Origin: Minisyncoccota bacterium
Lineage (GTDB): Bacteria > Patescibacteriota > Minisyncoccia > Phycocordibacterales > UBA2100
Direction of reading: 5' to 3'
DNA length: 64,000 bases
Assembly: GCA_022842645.1 (NCBI GenBank)
Contig: JALHPE010000002.1
Coordinates: 1,322 to 65,321 of the forward strand
The position numbers and the translations under genes are program-made. The notes below the pieces were generated by a model, which was not told the origin of the DNA, made no database searches, and was given only the letters and a program-made list of their open reading frames with translations. Below are positions 54,243 through 62,771 of the stretch, one piece after another. How positions within the stretch are numbered: the stretch's first letter is position 1; every line of letters begins with the position of its first letter.

Positions 54243-54315
54243 CCAAGGGTTATTGACGTAAAAGAAATCGGCCGAACATTTGCATGCCGGCCGATCTTTC
54301 ATTTTGAGGAGGCGG

Positions 54316-54579
54316 TTAATGGTGGATGTACGGACTTACAGGCGGATACACCGTGCCCCACTCTCCTTTGAGGTGCAGGTTGTGCTCAACGCACGCATTA
54401 AGCACAATTGCTCGATTCTGGTAAATCGCCGACGTGGAGACCGCTTGATGTTCGCACATGTCCCTGTCGGTGTGAACGACAGTTTGTGGAACCATGTAGG
54501 GGTAGCCACCGCTAAGCTTTTTTTGGGACTCAGTTGGCTCAGAGATCAAGTAGAGTATAGTCAGAATAAAGACCTTCAT
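54316..54579 (-). CDS. Small secreted hypothetical protein
   Basis: Signal peptide MKVFILTILYLIS. Confidence 0.3.
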   Translation of the reverse strand: MKVFILTILYLISEPTESQKKLSGGYPYMVPQTVVHTDRDMCEHQAVSTSAIYQNRAIVLNACVEHNLHLKGEWGTVYPPVSPYIHH

Positions 54580-54679
54580 CGTCGCGACTCCTTTTTGCAA
54601 GACGATTAATTTATAATAGCATGATATTATTATAAGTCAAGTTGGGAGTTTTCTCGAAGACGCGTACAATGCTAAAAAT

Positions 54680-55948
54680 ATGCGTCAATCTCAACTCTTC
54701 ACCCGAACCCGCAAAGAAGCCCCGAAAGACGAGGTGGCAAAGAATGCACAGCTCCTCATCCGCGCTGGCTATGTGCACAAAGAAATGGCGGGTGTCTATG
54801 CGTATTTGCCGCTCGGACTTCGCGTATTGGAAAAGATTAAGCAGATTGTGCGCGAAGAAATGAACAAAGTCGGCGGGCAAGAGATCATCATGACCGCACT
54901 CCAGCGCAAAGAGCTGTGGGAGAAAACAGATCGTTGGGACGACAGGAATGTTGATGTCTGGTTTAAGTCGGAACTCAAAAGTGGCGGTGAGGTTGGTTTT
55001 GGATGGTCGCATGAAGAGCCTATCACCGATATGATGACGAATTTTCTTTCGAGTCATCGCGATCTTCCTGCATATGTGTATCAATTCCAGACCAAGATGC
55101 GTAATGAGCTCCGTGCGAAAAGCGGCATCATGCGCGGGAGAGAGTTTGTCATGAAAGACATGTACTCCTACACAAAAAATGCAGATGAGCACAAGAAAAT
55201 CTACGATGCGACGATTGATGCCTATCTTCGAGTGTTTGAACGTGTTGGGCTCGGTGACCGCACATTCCTCACGTTCGCTTCCGGAGGCGCATTCACCGAA
55301 TTCTCACACGAATTTCAAACACTTTCTGATGTAGGGGAAGATGTGGTGTATCTGCATCGCGAAAAGAAAATCGCCATCAACCAAGAAGTATTGCGAGATG
55401 ATGTACTCACAAAACTTGGCATTGCGCGCGATGAGCTTGAAGAAGTGAAATCTATCGAAACTGGAAATATTTTTGATTTTGGCGGAATGAAATCAGAGCA
55501 GCTCGGCCTTTTTTACACGAACGAAGAAGGGGAGAAGACACCTGTACATTTGGGCTCATACGGTATTGGCATCACGCGTTTGATGGGTGCCATCGTTGAA
55601 ATCTTTTCCGACGAGAAGGGTATTATCTGGCCAAAGGAAGTCGCACCGTATAACGTACATCTGGTATCAATCACCAGCGGAAACGCTGATGTTGAGAAAG
55701 AAGCAGACCGCGTGTATGAGATGCTGCGTGAGAGTGGTATTGAAGTTTTCTACGACGATCGCGATCTGCGCGCGGGGGAAAAATTTGCTGACGCCGATTT
55801 GATTGGTATACCACTTCGCCTCGTAGTTTCAGAAAAGACAATTGCCGCAGGCGGATTTGAACTCACAATCCATCAGCTGGCGGAGAGGCAGGGCAAGGGA
55901 ACCCTGGTCGCGGAGAGCGACATTATTGAAACACTGCATGACGCATAA
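54680..55948 (+). CDS. proS: Proline--tRNA ligase (short form lacking editing insertion)
   Basis: Class II aaRS motifs and ProRS N-terminal pattern MRQSQLF..RK..P.DE...AQLLIRAGY. Confidence 0.8.
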   Translation: MRQSQLFTRTRKEAPKDEVAKNAQLLIRAGYVHKEMAGVYAYLPLGLRVLEKIKQIVREEMNKVGGQEIIMTALQRKELWEKTDRWDDRNVDVWFKSELKSGGEVGFGWSHEEPITDMMTNFLSSHRDLPAYVYQFQTKMRNELRAKSGIMRGREFVMKDMYSYTKNADEHKKIYDATIDAYLRVFERVGLGDRTFLTFASGGAFTEFSHEFQTLSDVGEDVVYLHREKKIAINQEVLRDDVLTKLGIARDELEEVKSIETGNIFDFGGMKSEQLGLFYTNEEGEKTPVHLGSYGIGITRLMGAIVEIFSDEKGIIWPKEVAPYNVHLVSITSGNADVEKEADRVYEMLRESGIEVFYDDRDLRAGEKFADADLIGIPLRLVVSEKTIAAGGFELTIHQLAERQGKGTLVAESDIIETLHDA

Positions 55949-55953
55949 TCACC

Positions 55954-57021
55954 ATGAACACACTGCGCAGATGGAAGGACAAGATACTCGGATTCTTTTC
56001 GAATGATATTGGTATTGACCTCGGCACAGCAAACACGCTCGTGCATGTGAAGGGGCGCGGCATCGTAATTAACGAGCCGTCACTCGTTGCGTTTAATCAG
56101 AAGACAGGGCAGGTGGTTGCGGTGGGGCAAGAAGCCAAAAACATGCTCGGACGCACACCGCCGCACATCGTCGCGGTGCAGCCGGTGGTGGATGGGGTTA
56201 TCTCAGACTTTGAAATTACGAGTGAGATGCTGGGATACCTTATTGGGAAAGCACAGGCAGGACACACAAAGCTTCTGGGGCCGCGCGTCGTTGTGGGCGT
56301 GCCGTCGGGAATCACCTCAGTCGAAGTGCGTGCCGTGCGGGATGCGGCGCGCGCCGCAGGCGCGCGCGAAGTGCATATTGTAGAAGAACCGATGGCTGCA
56401 GCGATTGGCATTGAACTTCCGATACACGAACCAACGGGAAGCATGGTGATTGATATCGGCGGCGGCACGACGGATGTGGGTGTTGTCGCGCTCGGAGGAC
56501 TCGTAAACGCACGTAATGTCCGTGTCGCGGGAGACAAATTCAATCAAGATATCGTGAGTCATATTCGTAACGAGCATAAACTTTTGATTGGGGACAGAAC
56601 TGCAGAAGACATTAAGATTGCAGCGGCAACCATATTGCGCGGTGCCCCGATTTCATTCACTGCACGCGGGAGAGATCTTGTCAGTGGTCTCCCGCGTGAA
56701 ATTGTCGTTACCGATCAAGATGTGCGCACGGCAATCGGGCACTCGATAGACGATTTGGTAGAGCAGGTGAAAGATGTACTTGAGTCCACGCCGCCAGAGC
56801 TTCTTGCCGACATCATGCAGCGTGGTATTTATCTTGCTGGCGGTGGTGCGCATATCCGCGGGCTTCCAGAATTTCTGACTGCGGCTCTTGGGGTTCCTGT
56901 TATTGTCGCGCCAGATCCTCTCACTGCTGTTGTGCGCGGTACTGCACTTATCCTCGATGACATGGAACGCTTCCGCGACACGCTTCTTACAAACGAAGAT
57001 GAACTCGTGCCTTCAGAATAA
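55954..57021 (+). CDS. mreB: Rod shape-determining protein MreB, copy 2
   Basis: IGIDLGTANTLVHV, NEPSLVAF and DIGGGTTDVGV. Confidence 0.85.
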   Translation: MNTLRRWKDKILGFFSNDIGIDLGTANTLVHVKGRGIVINEPSLVAFNQKTGQVVAVGQEAKNMLGRTPPHIVAVQPVVDGVISDFEITSEMLGYLIGKAQAGHTKLLGPRVVVGVPSGITSVEVRAVRDAARAAGAREVHIVEEPMAAAIGIELPIHEPTGSMVIDIGGGTTDVGVVALGGLVNARNVRVAGDKFNQDIVSHIRNEHKLLIGDRTAEDIKIAAATILRGAPISFTARGRDLVSGLPREIVVTDQDVRTAIGHSIDDLVEQVKDVLESTPPELLADIMQRGIYLAGGGAHIRGLPEFLTAALGVPVIVAPDPLTAVVRGTALILDDMERFRDTLLTNEDELVPSE

Positions 57022-57024
57022 CCT

Positions 57025-57822
57025 ATGCAGCCGCGTCGCCCGTCATTCACCAGAAGTGCGACGCGCGATACTTCCGTCGCACGCAACTTTGTATTTCTCG
57101 CACTCATCGTGGCGGGTATTTTTCTTGTCGATCATGTTTCTCAAGGTGTCATGCGCTCCTCGCTTAAAGAATTTGGAGGTCTTGCTTCGGCCACTGTCGC
57201 AAGTGTCGTGAATACACTACCAAGTGCACATGGATTTGCCACTCGCGCATCGATTATTGAAGAAAATAAAGCATTACAGGATGCGCTGGCGCGACGCGCC
57301 GAAGAAGATGCTCGTTTTGAAGCGCTCCGCGCTGAAAACGAAACACTGCGCGCGCTTGCAAAAGTTGCAGCGGCAGAGACGGGTGGTGTGAGCGCTTCAG
57401 TGCTTTCGTCATTTTCCACCTCGCCGTACGGCACCTTTGTTATCGGGGCGGGTGCACGTCATGGTGTGCAACTCGATGCAACAGTGCTCACGCCGAGCGG
57501 TTTCCTACTAGGAAAAATAATCGCTGTCCAGGATCGCACGGCAACCGTTGAGGCGCTCTTTGCTCCCGGAAAAGAAATCGAAGCCGTCATTAACGATGTT
57601 CCGCTTCTTCTGCATGGAAGAGGTGGTGGCAATGCACGCGGGGAGGCTCCTCGCGATGCCGCCCTCAAGAAAGGAGATGTTGTGACCATTCCCTCCTTTG
57701 CGAGACGCCCAGCGGGCCTTGTGGTTGAACTTAATGTGGCGTCATCAAGCGCGGTAACCACACTTTTTATCCGTACCCCGACGAATCTCGATACACTTCG
57801 TTTTGTCTATGTCGTTCAGTAA
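57025..57822 (+). CDS. mreC: Rod shape-determining protein MreC
   Basis: N-terminal TM + coiled coil, then beta-rich domain. Position right after mreB. Confidence 0.65.
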   Translation: MQPRRPSFTRSATRDTSVARNFVFLALIVAGIFLVDHVSQGVMRSSLKEFGGLASATVASVVNTLPSAHGFATRASIIEENKALQDALARRAEEDARFEALRAENETLRALAKVAAAETGGVSASVLSSFSTSPYGTFVIGAGARHGVQLDATVLTPSGFLLGKIIAVQDRTATVEALFAPGKEIEAVINDVPLLLHGRGGGNARGEAPRDAALKKGDVVTIPSFARRPAGLVVELNVASSSAVTTLFIRTPTNLDTLRFVYVVQ

Positions 57823-58090
57823 AGTCCGGATAGTGCTCGCGCTCTTGTGTGCGGTTTCCGTATTTCTTTTTCCGTGGTGGGTAACACTCATCACTGCGTT
57901 CGCGCTTTGTGTGCGCTATCGCGCATGGGAGATTGTACCCATTGCTCTTGCCTTCGATTTCATGTGGCTTCCCTCGCTTTCATTATCGTGGGGTGGTCTT
58001 CCACTTGCAACATTGACCGCATTCGCGCTCCTCATTATCTTTGAGCCACTGCGCCGCGAGCTTCTGACAGGCTCTGCACTTCCACGATAG
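57803..58090 (+). CDS. mreD: MreD-like small membrane protein
   Basis: Three TM helices. Sits between mreC and PBP2 and overlaps the mreC 3' end. Confidence 0.4.
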   Translation: MSMSFSKVRIVLALLCAVSVFLFPWWVTLITAFALCVRYRAWEIVPIALAFDFMWLPSLSLSWGGLPLATLTAFALLIIFEPLRRELLTGSALPR

Positions 58091-58112
58091 TCCTGTTTGC
58101 TATAGTGGCACT

Positions 58113-59801
58113 ATGCGTCTTTTTCGTCGCCGACGTTTCCCAATCGAGATCACCCCAGAAGATATTTTTATCGATTCTACAAACCTTCCTCGTCTCGATG
58201 AAGGAAGCTTGGAGGGAAGAGTGGAGCGCCCCATCTCTTCTCGAGCTATAGCATCAGTTGGTCTTCTGTGCGCTCTTGCGCTCGTGGTTTTTGCGGGCCA
58301 AGCATTTCGTTTGCAGGTTGTCGAAGGTTCCTCATATGCCGACATCTCGCGTAATAATCGTCTCGAACGTTCAGTAATCTTTGCTCCACGTGGCGTCGTC
58401 ACTGATAGAAACGGTGCCGCGCTTGCCTGGAATGAAATCGAAACCGACCCACAGGCAACCAGCTCTACGCCGTTTCCATATCGCAGACATACTGATCTCG
58501 CTGGTTTTTCTCACGTGCTCGGCTTCGTGCGCTATCCCAAAGCAGACGCTTCAGGGAGGTGGTGGAGTGAAGACCATATTGGCATTGCGGGTATTGAAGC
58601 TGCATTTAATGAAACGCTCGCAGGAAAAAATGGAAGCATTATGCAAGAAACAGACGCACGTGGTGGCCTCGTACGCACCGATATTGTCGATCCGCCGCGT
58701 GAAGGGGGTGAGCTCACGCTTTCGATTGATGCTGAAGTACAAGATGCACTCGCGCGCCGTCTTGCAGAACATATCGCCACACAAAAATTCCGTGGTGCGG
58801 CCGCTGCGATTATGGATGTGGAAAATGGCGAGCTTCTCGCACTCGTGAGTATCCCAGAATACGATACAGAAGCGTTTGCGGAAGGGAACACCGAAATTGT
58901 TGCCGCTGCAAACACTGATCCTACAACGCCCTTATTAAATAGGGCTGTGGCGGGGCTCTATGCACCCGGCTCCATCGTAAAGCCGATGTTTGCAGCTGCG
59001 GCGCTGGAGGAAAATCTCATCAGCCCGCAGAAACAAATTTTTTCTGCTGGCTCAATCTCGATCCCGAATCCATACTTTCCTGAAAAACCATCAATTTTTA
59101 AAGACTGGCGCGCTCACGGTTGGACAGACATGCGTCGTGCAATTGCGGTCTCTTCCGACGTGTATTTTTATGCAATTGGTGGTGGCTTCGAGGATCAGCG
59201 GGGCTTAGGTATTGCGCGCATCGACGATTACGCGAAACGTTTTGGTTTTGGCGAGGTGGTGAACTTTGCGCTACCGGGTGGTCTTGTTGGTACCATTCCG
59301 ACGCCAGAATGGAAGCAAGAAGTGTTTGATGAAGACTGGCGTCTTGGGGACACATACAACACAGCAATTGGACAATACGGTTTCCAAGTCACGCTCCTAC
59401 AGGTTTTGCGTCACACTGCTGCAATCGCAAACGGAGGTAGGCTTCTTGACCCACAATTACTCTTAGGAGCGCAGGCGCACGGGTCGGTTGTTGGTATCCA
59501 AGATGAATACCTGCAAATTGCGCGCGAAGGTATGCGCGAGGCTGTTTTGGAAGGGGGGACGGCAGCGGCACTTAATATCCCCGGCATTTCCATTGCAGCA
59601 AAAACGGGTACGGCACAGGTAGGTGTGCGTAATGAATTTATGAATTCGTGGGTCATTGGTTTTTGGCCATTTGAAAAACCGCGCTATGCATTCGCAGTGG
59701 TTCTTGAGCGCTCTCCTGCGGGCACGCTCTCTGGTGCCTCACCAGCCATGAACCCATTTTTCACCTGGCTCCGAGACTCAAAGCCGGAATACATCGAATA
59801 G
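58113..59801 (+). CDS. mrdA: Penicillin-binding protein 2 (elongasome transpeptidase)
   Basis: SIVKP (SxxK), SSD and KTGTA motifs. N-terminal TM. Confidence 0.8.
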   Translation: MRLFRRRRFPIEITPEDIFIDSTNLPRLDEGSLEGRVERPISSRAIASVGLLCALALVVFAGQAFRLQVVEGSSYADISRNNRLERSVIFAPRGVVTDRNGAALAWNEIETDPQATSSTPFPYRRHTDLAGFSHVLGFVRYPKADASGRWWSEDHIGIAGIEAAFNETLAGKNGSIMQETDARGGLVRTDIVDPPREGGELTLSIDAEVQDALARRLAEHIATQKFRGAAAAIMDVENGELLALVSIPEYDTEAFAEGNTEIVAAANTDPTTPLLNRAVAGLYAPGSIVKPMFAAAALEENLISPQKQIFSAGSISIPNPYFPEKPSIFKDWRAHGWTDMRRAIAVSSDVYFYAIGGGFEDQRGLGIARIDDYAKRFGFGEVVNFALPGGLVGTIPTPEWKQEVFDEDWRLGDTYNTAIGQYGFQVTLLQVLRHTAAIANGGRLLDPQLLLGAQAHGSVVGIQDEYLQIAREGMREAVLEGGTAAALNIPGISIAAKTGTAQVGVRNEFMNSWVIGFWPFEKPRYAFAVVLERSPAGTLSGASPAMNPFFTWLRDSKPEYIE

Positions 59802-59853
59802 CTTGTTGTTTACGGGCGGGCGGGGTACAATGCTCTCGCTTTGATACATCAGT

Positions 59854-60324
59854 ATGATGACTGACCAAAATACGTACCTCTCGCAAGAGAAATTCGACGA
59901 GCTCTCCGCAGAACTCGAGCATCTTAAGACGGTGCGCCGCCGCGAGATTGCCGAACAGCTCGAATACGCTCGTTCGCTTGGCGATCTCTCTGAGAATGCT
60001 GAATACGAAGAGGCCCGCAATCTCCAAGCGGCAACCGAAGACCGTATTCGCACGGTTGAAGTCGAACTCTCTCGCGCCCGCATCATCGAGCACGCTAAAG
60101 GCTCGACTGTTTCTCTCGGCTCTCAGGTTGTCATTCAGAAAATAGGCGAAAAAGAAGAGCACACCTACGAAATCGTCGGGAGTGCAGAAGCAAATATGCA
60201 GGAGAAGAAAATCTCACACCTTTCACCCCTCGGCTCTGCGCTCATGGGCAAGAAAAAAGGTGATGCGTTCACATTTGAAACTCCTAAGGGTGCACAGAAG
60301 TATAAGATCGTGGCTGTTAAATAG
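59854..60324 (+). CDS. greA: Transcription elongation factor GreA
   Basis: LGDLSENAEYEEAR coiled-coil tip motif and C-terminal FKBP-like domain. Confidence 0.8.
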   Translation: MMTDQNTYLSQEKFDELSAELEHLKTVRRREIAEQLEYARSLGDLSENAEYEEARNLQAATEDRIRTVEVELSRARIIEHAKGSTVSLGSQVVIQKIGEKEEHTYEIVGSAEANMQEKKISHLSPLGSALMGKKKGDAFTFETPKGAQKYKIVAVK

Positions 60325-60362
60325 TTTGTGTCAGGACGTATCTTATTGCATAATCGGCTGAC

Positions 60363-60436
60363 GCGCTTTTAGCTCAGTTGGTTAGAGCGTTCGATTCACA
60401 TTCGAAAGGTCTCAGGTTCGAATCCTGAAAGGCGCA
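60363..60436 (+). tRNA. tRNA-Val(CAC)
   Basis: Full cloverleaf: GCGCTTT/AAGGCGC acceptor, D-arm GCTC-AGTTGGTTA-GAGC, anticodon loop TTCACAT, T-arm TCAGG-TTCGAAT-CCTGA. Confidence 0.85.
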
Positions 60437-60561
60437 CATCACTTGAGATACAACGGCTTATCGCAACAAAACACAAAAACGGACATAAGAAATTCTGGAA
60501 ACTCGGCGTTGAGGAATTTAACACTGCACACCTCGATATTTCTCCCGAGGGCGAGCTTGTC

Positions 60562-61830
60562 GTGCGAGAGGGCAACTACCAGTACAACATCCACAAGATT
60601 GTTCAGAAATACGGTACTTCAACAGAGATAGTCTTTCCCACCATCATCGAGAATCGTGTACGCGATCTTATTGAAACCTTCAACGCCTATATAAAAATTC
60701 TCGGGTATCGAGGCCGTTTTTACTACCACTATCCGATGAAGGTAAACCAGAACAAAGAATTTGTGCTTCCGGCCGTTGCGGAAGGTGCAAATCTTGATGT
60801 CTCAAGTCGCAACGAGCTCTATCTCGTGAAGAAAATGATTGAGAGTGAGAGATTCAATGCAAAAATTCGCGTCACTTGTAATGGGCCAAAAACACCAACG
60901 TACATGGATCTTATTGAAGAGCTTCGCGCGAAAGGCTTCAACATCGTTCCTATCATTGAGGATTATGTCGAACTTGAGCGGATGAAAAAATTTGGCGGCC
61001 CTGTCGGTATTCGAGTCAATCTCAATGTAAAAATTAAAAGTCACTGGGACAAGAAATTTAATCGTTTTGGCTTTACTGAAGAGGAATTGTTGAAGCTCGG
61101 CAAAGTGCGTAACCTCACCATTCTCCACTACCACATTTCGAGTCAGATGGAATCCGTTGAAAGCTTCGTAAAGCCTTTAAAGCGCGCTCTCGAGCTTTTC
61201 CAAAAACTCAAGGAGAAAAACCCGGGACTCGATACGCTCGACATCGGTGGGGGAGCCGCGGTGCCCTATGAGAAAAAACGCCTTTACACAGGCAAGAATC
61301 TTATCCAGCGCATCGTCAAAACTGCCAAATCACACGCAGATAAGCTCGGGCTCCGTCACCCTAATCTCATTGTCGAATGGGGTCGGTACGTCGCTGCGCC
61401 TGCACAAATGACGATCTACAAAATTCTTGCTGAGAAAACGATAGAAACAAAGAGTGATAAGCGCTGGTATGTCATCGACGGCTCATTCATGAACGATCTC
61501 ATTGATTCGTGGGCAATTCACCAAAAGTGGCACGTGATTCCTGTCAATGCACTTCATGCACGTAAATTGGTTAAAACATGGCTTGCTGGCTCTTCGTGCG
61601 ATAGTGACGATAAATATACTGCGGGCGGCATGCATATTCTTCTCCCGTCGCTTGAGAACGTCGATGAGCTGTATGTTGCCATACTCGACACAGGGGCATA
61701 TCAAGATCCGCTTGCGTCACACCACTGTCTTCTCTCATCGCCCGCAAAACTTATCGCAGGAAATGGTGAAATAAAGCTCGCACGAAAACGCGAACAACCC
61801 GAAGATGTAGGCAAACTATTTGGGTGGTAA
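60562..61830 (+). CDS. PLP-dependent decarboxylase of the Orn/DAP/Arg decarboxylase fold-III family (SpeA-like); true start may lie upstream (in-frame to TTG 60442)
   Basis: HYPMKVN (PLP Lys), DIGGG and GSSCDSDD. The in-frame upstream segment FWKLGVEEFNTAHLDISPEG resembles the SpeA N-terminus. AT-rich relative to flanks. Confidence 0.55.
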   Translation: MREGNYQYNIHKIVQKYGTSTEIVFPTIIENRVRDLIETFNAYIKILGYRGRFYYHYPMKVNQNKEFVLPAVAEGANLDVSSRNELYLVKKMIESERFNAKIRVTCNGPKTPTYMDLIEELRAKGFNIVPIIEDYVELERMKKFGGPVGIRVNLNVKIKSHWDKKFNRFGFTEEELLKLGKVRNLTILHYHISSQMESVESFVKPLKRALELFQKLKEKNPGLDTLDIGGGAAVPYEKKRLYTGKNLIQRIVKTAKSHADKLGLRHPNLIVEWGRYVAAPAQMTIYKILAEKTIETKSDKRWYVIDGSFMNDLIDSWAIHQKWHVIPVNALHARKLVKTWLAGSSCDSDDKYTAGGMHILLPSLENVDELYVAILDTGAYQDPLASHHCLLSSPAKLIAGNGEIKLARKREQPEDVGKLFGW

Positions 61831-61831
61831 T

Positions 61832-62152
61832 CTATTCCGCAACGTAGGATCGTTTTGCGATATAGAGCGGAAGAAATTTTTCGTACGTAATATCGGAGTC
61901 GCTTAGTTCGCTCTGTAACGTAGTACGCAGGTGTTTGAACACAAACTTTGCCTGATGATCCGAAGATGATCCTATAAGACTTTGAGCATAATCCCGTGAT
62001 GTAGTAGGGAACAGTGTTTGCGCGCGCTTGAGTATCTCTTCGAGCGGTTTGCCACTCCAAAGAGCATTCGCTATTTCTTCACATTTTTCCTCGAATGCAC
62101 GTCTCTCAAGCACATTCAACTGTGCATATGTGTGTGGCGTTTTTTCACTCAT
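61832..62152 (-). CDS. Hypothetical protein
   Basis: 106-aa ORF with no motif recognised. Confidence 0.3.
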   Translation of the reverse strand: MSEKTPHTYAQLNVLERRAFEEKCEEIANALWSGKPLEEILKRAQTLFPTTSRDYAQSLIGSSSDHQAKFVFKHLRTTLQSELSDSDITYEKFLPLYIAKRSYVAE

Positions 62153-62154
62153 AT

Positions 62155-62226
62155 TCGGGCCGACGAGAATCGAACTCGTTCTACATGACCCCCAGCCATG
62201 CGTACTACCACTATACTACGGCCCGT
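62155..62226 (-). tRNA. tRNA-Pro(GGG)
   Basis: On the minus strand: CGGGCCG acceptor, D-arm GTAT-AGTGGTA-GTAC, anticodon loop CTGGGGG, T-arm ACGAG-TTCGATT-CTCGT. Coordinates are +/-1. Confidence 0.8.
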
Positions 62227-62257
62227 TGTGCGAGCGAGTATACCGTATACTTATGGC

Positions 62258-62749
62258 ATGAACCACCGCACTTGGACTTTTTCTAGAGTCCGCAACCTTC
62301 TCGTATTCATCGCCGTTGCTCAAGCTGCCGGTTTAATCGGCACGTTTTTTACATTTGACGCAATACCGACCTGGTATCCGACGCTCGCGAAGCCGTGGTT
62401 CTCACCACCGAATTGGATATTTGGGCCCGTGTGGACAACGCTCTACACCTTGATGGGTATTGCGGCGTTTTTTGTGTGGGAAAAACGCTTTCAAAAAACA
62501 CACGCTTCGCGCGGTATGAACTGGTATTGGGCGCAGCTCTTTTTGAATGCGATTTGGTCGCCGATTTTCTTTGGTGCAAAACAGCTCGGATGGGCTCTTA
62601 TCGTAATCGCGCTTCTGTGGGTTGCGATTCTCTTCACCATACGCGAATTCTGGAAGATACGCCCTCGGTACGGAGTGCTTCTTCTTCCCTATCTTGCATG
62701 GGTCTCATTCGCCAGCGTTCTCAACTACCAGCTTTGGATGCTTAATTAG
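62258..62749 (+). CDS. tspO: TspO/MBR (tryptophan-rich sensory protein) family membrane protein
   Basis: WFSPPNWIFGPVWTTLYTLMG and 5 TM. Start set at MNHRTW, downstream of the tRNA. Confidence 0.7.
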   Translation: MNHRTWTFSRVRNLLVFIAVAQAAGLIGTFFTFDAIPTWYPTLAKPWFSPPNWIFGPVWTTLYTLMGIAAFFVWEKRFQKTHASRGMNWYWAQLFLNAIWSPIFFGAKQLGWALIVIALLWVAILFTIREFWKIRPRYGVLLLPYLAWVSFASVLNYQLWMLN

Positions 62750-62771
62750 AGCAGTGCGATACGGTGTTTGC

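Noticed and set aside
56097-56543. 148-aa minus-strand ORF (and similar 17478-18122, 51602-52285 ORFs) opposite mreB2, the ROK kinase and holB
   Set aside because: They are antisense to strongly supported genes and have Ser/Thr/Arg-rich low-complexity translations.
62198-62257. First 20 codons of the TspO ORF
   Set aside because: They overlap the tRNA-Pro gene on the opposite strand. TspO homology and the first TM begin after the internal Met at 62258.
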